From contig NC_068997.1 in NCBI RefSeq assembly GCF_001194135.2, forward strand, positions 49,825,704 through 49,865,036: a stretch of 39,333 bases of DNA, in the 5' to 3' direction. The DNA is from Octopus bimaculoides. Taxonomy: Eukaryota. Positions 32,353 to 39,333 of this stretch are shown here, piece by piece. Both the position numbers and the translations under genes were made by a program. Positions within the stretch are counted from its first letter, which is position 1. Every line of letters starts with the position of its first letter. Below the pieces are notes generated by a model that was given only the letters and a program-made list of their open reading frames with translations, was not told where the DNA came from and made no database searches.

Positions 32353-32570
32353 CCCTTTAGTGTTTAAACTGGCCATATCAGGCCAAAATTGTCTTCTAGT
32401 TTTATGCTCAAACCAGCCAGCTCTGATCTCTCACACCTACCCTACAAAGTCATTCTAAAAATAAACAGGAACATCATCGAAATCTCAGTTACAAGATGCT
32501 GTACAATTAACTTAAAACAATGTAATTAAACAGGCTTTACATTTGACAGAGTAATCTGAATGTTAAAGGG
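32353..32570. mobile_element. piggyBac-like MITE (TTAA-flanked)
   Basis: TTAA|CCCTTTAG ... TAAAGGG|TTAA. Related fragments at about 3415-3455, 6070-6108 and 10790-10965. Confidence 0.65.
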
Positions 32571-32674
32571 TTAAGCAAATATATAAATAGATGTATATTT
32601 ACAAACATATACATATACAGATATATACACATACATGCATGTATACACACACACAACACACACATAAATACATA

Positions 32675-32990
32675 TGTAAAGTGAAAAGTCATTCGAGTGA
32701 GATCGTTGCCAGTGCCGCTGAACTGGCTCCTGTGCAGGTGGCACGTAAAATACACCATTTTGAGCGTGGCCGTTGCCAGTACCGCCTTACTGGCCTTCGT
32801 GCTGGTGGCACGTAAAAGCACCCACTACACCCTCAGAGTGGTTGGCATTAGGAAGGGCATCCAGCTGTAGAAACTCTGCCAAATCAGATTGGAGCCTGGT
32901 GCAGCCATCCGGTTCATCAGTCGTCAGTCAAATCGTCCAACCCATGCTAGCATGGAAAGCGGACGTTAAACGATGATGATGATGATAATG
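32675..32990 (+). mobile_element. RTE-LINE 3'UTR fragment with (GAT)n tail
   Basis: Ends CATGGAAAGCGGACGTTAAAC(GAT)n. Copies at about 3250-3412 (+), 7470-7600 (+), 17033-17292 (-) and 21595-21780 (-). The GTGCTGxTGGCAxGTAAA motif also follows the RTE ORF end at 17830. Confidence 0.72.
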
Positions 32991-35424
32991 GTTCTGGGTT
33001 CAGTCTCACTGTGTGACACTTTGGGAAAGTGTTTCTATCACCCCAGCTATTCAAAACTTTNNNNNNNNNNNNNNNNNNNNNNNNNNNNNNNNNNNNNNNN
33101 NNNNNNNNNNNNNNNNNNNNNNNNNNNNNNNNNNNNNNNNNNNNNNNNNNNNNNNNNNNNNNNNNNNNNNNNNNNNNNNNNNNNNNNNNNNNNNNNNNNN
33201 NNNNNNNNNNNNNNNNNNNNNNNNNNNNNNNNNNNNNNNNNNNNNNNNNNNNNNNNNNNNNNNNNNNNNNNNNTCACATACACAAGGATATAGATATACA
33301 CACACAATTTTATATATATATACACACACACACTCGTATATGTAGACATCATCATCATTTAATGTCCATTTTCCATGCTGACATAGGTTAGACAGGTTGA
33401 CAATTTCGGTTTTTCTATATGGATGCAACAGTTAGAGCCGCCACAAAATAAACCGTTTGTGGATCCTATTAAATTTTTCCAATCACTTGAAATATGTCAA
33501 ATTTTTTGCTAGATTATTTTTTAAAAATCGCAGCTTTGAATGCCCGTAACTAAAATCGCATTCATATTTTCTATAAATTAATAATAGAGAAGTAAGATTA
33601 GCGTAAAAAGTTTTTTTATTTTTTAAATACTGAAAAAAAAAAATCTGGTGAAAATTTTTGGTTAATGTTGAAGATGTAAAGCATTAATCAAACGGTTAAT
33701 GTTTCGGGTCAAGATGTAAACATTAACTTTTCTATTGTGCTTCAAGTGGTTTCAAAGAAATTTAACAAGTTCCCATAAGAAACCAAATACGCTGGCAACA
33801 GGGAGCCACTCCTTGTTACAGTGAAAGGCCTGGAACGGAGCATGTATTTCATCCACGACTCCCTAGTCTTCAGACATAGCAAAAGGAAAAGCAAAGGGAG
33901 AGCGAAAAAAAATCCTTTCAATGTCTAACGGATAACGAGTGACAGAGATCGGTGACAATGGTTGACTGTCGGACGTCTAAAGTAGCACAAACTTGTTTAT
34001 TTATTTATTCTAACGATGGACGTGAATTATGGCTTATTTTCAAATAAATTGGAGAGAATGTATAAAAACAGCGTGGTTTACATGAATTACCGAAGCGAAA
34101 ATTTAATATTGTTTGCTATAAGGGATAAAAATACTTTCATTTTTAAAAGCACGTGTGCTACGAGGGTAGAAAAAGAAACATTTGGATAATTTTAAAGTAT
34201 TTAATTAGAAACAAAGAAAAAACAAGTTTGAAGATGTATACTGATGTTGAAGAGTCAACAGAAATTCACTTCCTGTTTTCAACACCTTTGTAACAAATAA
34301 GACTTCTGTTTTCGTTTCGGTATTTCATAACAATCCTCTTTTTACATTGTACCCATTTCCTCGAAAACATACCGCAGTTCCACACATTTACACACTCACA
34401 TAAATGTACATATATACTGTCTTCTTAAATATCGAATGAGATGGTGACATCTTAAGCAACATACTTATATTGTAAGTTGGTGTTGCAACGCTTCTATAGC
34501 TACAACGAGTATATTATATATGTATGTGATGTGATATGTGGGTGTGCAATCTATTCGTAGTCTCTTTCTCTCTCAATGATTGCACATCGTTTCGTCCCAG
34601 CTGTGGTCTCGAGAGAGGAGTTTTTTTTAAACTTTGGAAATAAATGTGTTTGTGTGTAAAATTTATCAAATGTGTGTATATACACGCCGTTTATTCTCTA
34701 TATTTACTCTATGCACATACATATATGCATATGCATTGCATACGAACACATTACACCAAACACGTTTATATATGGTAAAAGACTCGATCTACAATAATAA
34801 ATGCACATATAACTAACATACCCTAAATACATAAAGAAAATGTGACATGTATGAATATATATATAATATATAATCAGAGACGAACATTAGTGTTTGTAAT
34901 ACTTTAATGCAAGCAAAAATATACAAAATATATTTTGCCACACACACACACACATACATACATACATTTTGCCTTTTCTTCATATTTTAACTGTTTACGT
35001 TTGGATAGATTAACTGACAAGATCGATAAAGATATAAATATAACCATGTAAAATTTAAAATAAGTTATGCGGCAGAGATATTTTAACATATTTCGATCGA
35101 TGTCCCTTAACATAATTTGGAATGTTTATAAACAAAAAAAAATTCATGATTTCATAAATATTTGTTTCCTTATGACTGTCTGTTGAATAAACCGAATGGC
35201 ACACTCATACATATATATACATATATACACACACACACAATCTTTTCTACTCTAGGCACAAGGCCTGACATTTTGGGGGGAGGGGGCCAGTCGATTAGAT
35301 CGACTCCAGTACGCAACTGGTACTTAATTTATCGACCCCGAAAGGATGAAAGGCAAAGTCGACCTTGGCGGAATTTGAACTCAGAACGTAAAAAGACAGA
35401 CGAAATAACACACACACACACACA

Positions 35425-35457
<33 letters not shown>

Positions 35458-36766
35458 TAATAATAATTGTCAGAGGCTACAAAGTGACTCAAAGAGAGTT
35501 TCACATAGATATGTACATCACACACACATATACGACAGATAGCTACGTACGTGCGTGTGAAACATCTACATTCATTAGTAAATTACTTTAAAGTTAATTA
35601 TAAGATATTAAAGAGGAATGAACAATTAAAATACATTTGATGAGGTGTGGATGCGAGCAGATAACACTCAACACAAAACGATGCAATGGCCTTTAAAAAA
35701 TCGAACGAAAATTCAAATGGAATCAACTGGTATGGAAAGGAGGGGGTTTATTTTTCTGTGGTAGTTGGGTATGTGATGTTTCGATAAGTAGTTAATCGAA
35801 TCAGTTTTGTAATGTAGAAATCATTTTGTATCTTTGTTGTTTTGGATGTTTTTAGCTAAGGCCGATGTAATCAAAGCGACCTCTGATCAAAGACGTTCTG
35901 TTGTAACCATCTTTTTTGTAATTATTATTTTAATTTCTTTTTCGGACACTGCATTACAGTAGATCAGTTTCATTTTCTAAAGATATAGGATGCTTTCTGA
36001 AAATGGTCTGGCTGCTATTTCTAGCAGGTCGAGCAGGCCATATAGAGGTACGTTGTTGTTGAGTAGCTGCAAGAACTCATAGTTTGTATGTGGCTAGGAC
36101 ATCTTTAAGAAATAATCTCTGGTATTGTCTATTTGATTTTATAGTTCGTATATCGTTTCAGATGTTAGGTCTGCTTATAAAAGATTACATACTCTTTCAG
36201 TCTAAAAAAGGGATGAAACTTTTCATTTCGTTTTCGTTGATATCGAAACTTATTACGCAGTTTGATTATAATTATACAAGATTTTACGCATCTGCATGTA
36301 ACGCGGGAGTATTTGTAATCGTAAAAGTGACATTTTAAAAATGCCTATATATAAAGTAACGTGTTGATAGTAATTAAGAAACGAATTTAGAAAGTAAACA
36401 AAACTCTTAGATGGTATAAAAATGTAATTAAATGAGAAATTAAGAAACTTACCGGGGCGATTTATCAACTGTGTATATCTATATGAGTAGTACAATATGT
36501 ATCAGACATAAAATACTAGCTCCAGAAGATAGATTCTGAGTAAAGAAGAATTATGTGAATGACAAGAACTTCAATTAAAGTGAAACTGTTTCACGTATTT
36601 TTCCAAGAAATTATGTGAACTCTAGCTTTTTTTTTCATTGGTTGAAATAATTGATCATGTGACCGTCATTGACAATCCGGTATGGACTCTCGAACAACAA
36701 CTACAGCAGAAGTCATGGTAATGCAGTTAAAACAAATTAGAAACATTTTGTTTTTACTCTCATTAC

Positions 36767-36804
36767 TTCATCCAGGCGATCCGGGTTCGATTTCCGTCAT
36801 GGGA
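36767..36804 (+). pseudogene. tRNA-Glu-like 3' half fragment
   Basis: TTCATCCAGGCGATCCGGGTTCGATTTCCGTCATGGGA resembles the anticodon-to-3' portion of eukaryotic tRNA-Glu(UUC). The 5' half is absent. Confidence 0.45.
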
Positions 36805-37439
36805 TCTTGTAATTTTTAAAACGGCGTGCTGGCAGAAGCGTTAGCACGCCGGGCAAAATGCTTCGCAGTGTTGTGTTCGGCGTGAGTTCAAATTCCGCCG
36901 AGGTCGACTTTGCCTTTCATCTTTCCGGGGTTGATGATATAAGTACCAGTTAAGTAATGGGGCAATCGACTTACTCACTCACCGAAAAATTTCAGGTTTT
37001 GTGCCTATAGTAGAAAGGACTATTAATACTTTTATTTAATTATAATTTCTAATAAGGATCGATAAAAAAAAAAGCAAACCGATACTAGAAATAATTTGGT
37101 AGATTAAATCCTTACTAAAAATGTACGGCCTCTTACATGTATGAGAAATCAATAATTGATAACAAGAAAGGTTTTCGCTCAATAGAATCAATGACCACAA
37201 TGTCAAGTGGTGGTTTTCAAATGCGACCATTTGCGATCTCGGATCCAATCCTCGAATCCTGCTAGGTTTTGCCGGACAAAATTTTCAGCGGCATTTCGTC
37301 TGACTTTACATTCAGAGTTCAAGTAACGCTGAAGTTGACTTTGTGTCTCATCCTTTCAGGATTGATGAAATAATCACCCGCTGAGCACTGGAGTCGATGT
37401 TATCGACAAGCGCCCTTCTCCAAAATTTCAGATGTTGTG

Positions 37440-37494
<55 letters not shown>

Positions 37495-39333
37495 CGTTAC
37501 GAGAATAATAAGCATTGACAGTGTTCTTTGTTAAATCATTTATTAAAAAAAATGTATTGGTTAAAATTACAATTTATTAACAANNNNNNNNNNNNNNNNN
37601 NNNNNNNNNNNNNNNNNNNNNNNNNNNNNNNNNNNNNNNNNNNNNNNNNNNNNNNNNNNNNNNNNNNNNNNNNNNNNNNNNNNNNNNNNNNNNNNNNNNN
37701 NNNNNNNNNNNNNNNNNNNNNNNNNNNNNNNNNNNNNNNNNNNNNNNNNNNNNNNNNNNNNNNNNNNNNNNNNNNNNNNNNNNNNNNNNNNNNNNNNNNN
37801 NNNNNNNNNNNNNNNNNNNNNNNNNNNNNNNNNNNNNNNNNNNNNNNNNNNNNNNNNNNNNNNNNNNNNNNNNNNNNNNNNNNNNNNNNNNNNNNNNNNN
37901 NNNNNNNNNNNNNNNNNNNNNNNNNNNNNNNNNNNNNNNNNNNNNNNNNNNNNNNNNNNNNNNNNNNNNNNNNNNNNNNNNNNNNNNNNNNNNNNNNNNN
38001 NNNNNNNNNNNNNNNNNNNNNNNNNNNNNNNNNNNNNNNNNNNNNNNNNNNNNNNNNNNNNNNNNNNNNNNNNNNNNNNNNNNNNNNNNNNNNNNNNNNN
38101 NNNNNNNNNNNNNNNNNNNNNNNNNNNNNNNNNNNNNNNNNNNNNNNNNNNNNNNNNNNNNNNNNNNNNNNNNNNNNNNNNNNNNNNNNNNNNNNNNNNN
38201 NNNNNNNNNNNNNNNNNNNNNNNNNNNNNNNNNNNNNNNNNNNNNNNNNNNNNNNNNNNNNNNNNNNNNNNNNNNNNNNNNNNNNNNNNNNNNNNNNNNN
38301 NNNNNNNNNNNNNNNNNNNNNNNNNNNNNNNNNNNNNNNNNNNNNNNNNNNNNNNNNNNNNNNNNNNNNNNNNNNNNNNNNNNNNNNNNNNNNNNNNNNN
38401 NNNNNNNNNNNNNNNNNNNNNNNNNNNNNNNNNNNNNNNNNNNNNNNNNNNNNNNNNNNNNNNNNNNNNNNTATATATATATATATATATATATATATTC
38501 CTTCCAAAATTTGCTTATATTACCTTTTACTCTTTTTTTTCAATCGTTGGACTGCGGCCACACTAGACCACATTGAAAGGTTAGTCTATCAAATTTACCC
38601 CAGTACTTTTTTTTTTTTTTAATCTGGCACTTATTCTATCGTGTCTTTGGCCGAACTACTAAGTTGCGGGAACGTAAACAAGCCAACACCGTTTGTGAAG
38701 CGGTGGAGAGAGACAAACACGACACACACGCATACATACATGTGCGTGTGGACACACACGCATACATACATGTGCGTGTGTGTTTGATATGTGTCACACG
38801 CGAAACTCTCGGGCCTTGATTCACTCTGTTGCTTCTACTAAATATTAATGGCACATACTTCCTATTTTAAAACAATAGGGTATAATTTGAAGGAGATTTA
38901 GCTATTATTTCTAGCATATCTAAATTACTTACGTATATGTTGAGGTATAGAGTAATTTAGCCTCCCCCCAGTTAACTGTCAACGTGTAGACTTATGATCA
39001 ATGTTGCATTCGTGACCATTTTTTTTTTCTTTTATTCTTTCATCTACAAGATGACATAGTTCTAGAACGCTGTCCTTCCATTTTTAAAACTGGTAAGATA
39101 TGACTTGAAGACGATCTACCCTGTTATTTCTACCCCAGTGCTGGTGGCAAATTAGTTGATTAACAATCTTATTTTATTTTTTATTTTTGTTCCTATTTCT
39201 TATCTTTTATTCTTTTCAGATACAAGATGAAGTAATTCTAGAACAAGCTTCGCCACGTATATAAATGGCACCCCAATTTTTCAGTCAAAATTCAATATAA
39301 AATGTACGACTAAATACGGAAAATAATTTTTCA

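Noticed and set aside
36447-36454. Minus-strand CG|GTAAGT donor as STAT exon 1
   Set aside because: Isolated motif in AT-rich, probably repeat-derived sequence, with no supporting exon or promoter features I can verify.
6781-38622. Long ORFs made of X residues
   Set aside because: Artefacts of N gaps lacking stop codons.

Overview
AT-rich, microsatellite-dense animal genomic DNA with several N gaps. The repeat content suggests a cephalopod (Octopus-like) draft scaffold; this is an inference. The only host gene I can support is a multi-exon STAT transcription factor (STAT5-like) on the minus strand. I traced 14 coding exons with AG/GT boundaries and matching phases, from the ATG at 24485 to the first half of the SH2 domain at 614. 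About three internal exons are absent from the called sequence and probably lie in N gaps. The 3' exons fall beyond the left edge, and a non-coding first exon must lie upstream of 24503. The introns and flanks hold tRNA-derived SINEs, RTE and R4/Dong-like LINE fragments, a decayed Ty3/gypsy element with a 3' LTR, and hAT, Tc1/mariner and piggyBac-like DNA elements. The most unusual signal is a small non-coding repeat family: a tRNA-like Pol III head, an (AAT)n tract, then a minimal type I hammerhead ribozyme motif. It occurs four times, forms a roughly 500-bp palindrome at 31.4-31.9 kb, and is twice joined at its (AAT)n tract to an R4/Dong-like retrotransposon 3' end. Repeat boundaries are approximate. 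Exon, TSD and ribozyme coordinates were read base by base.
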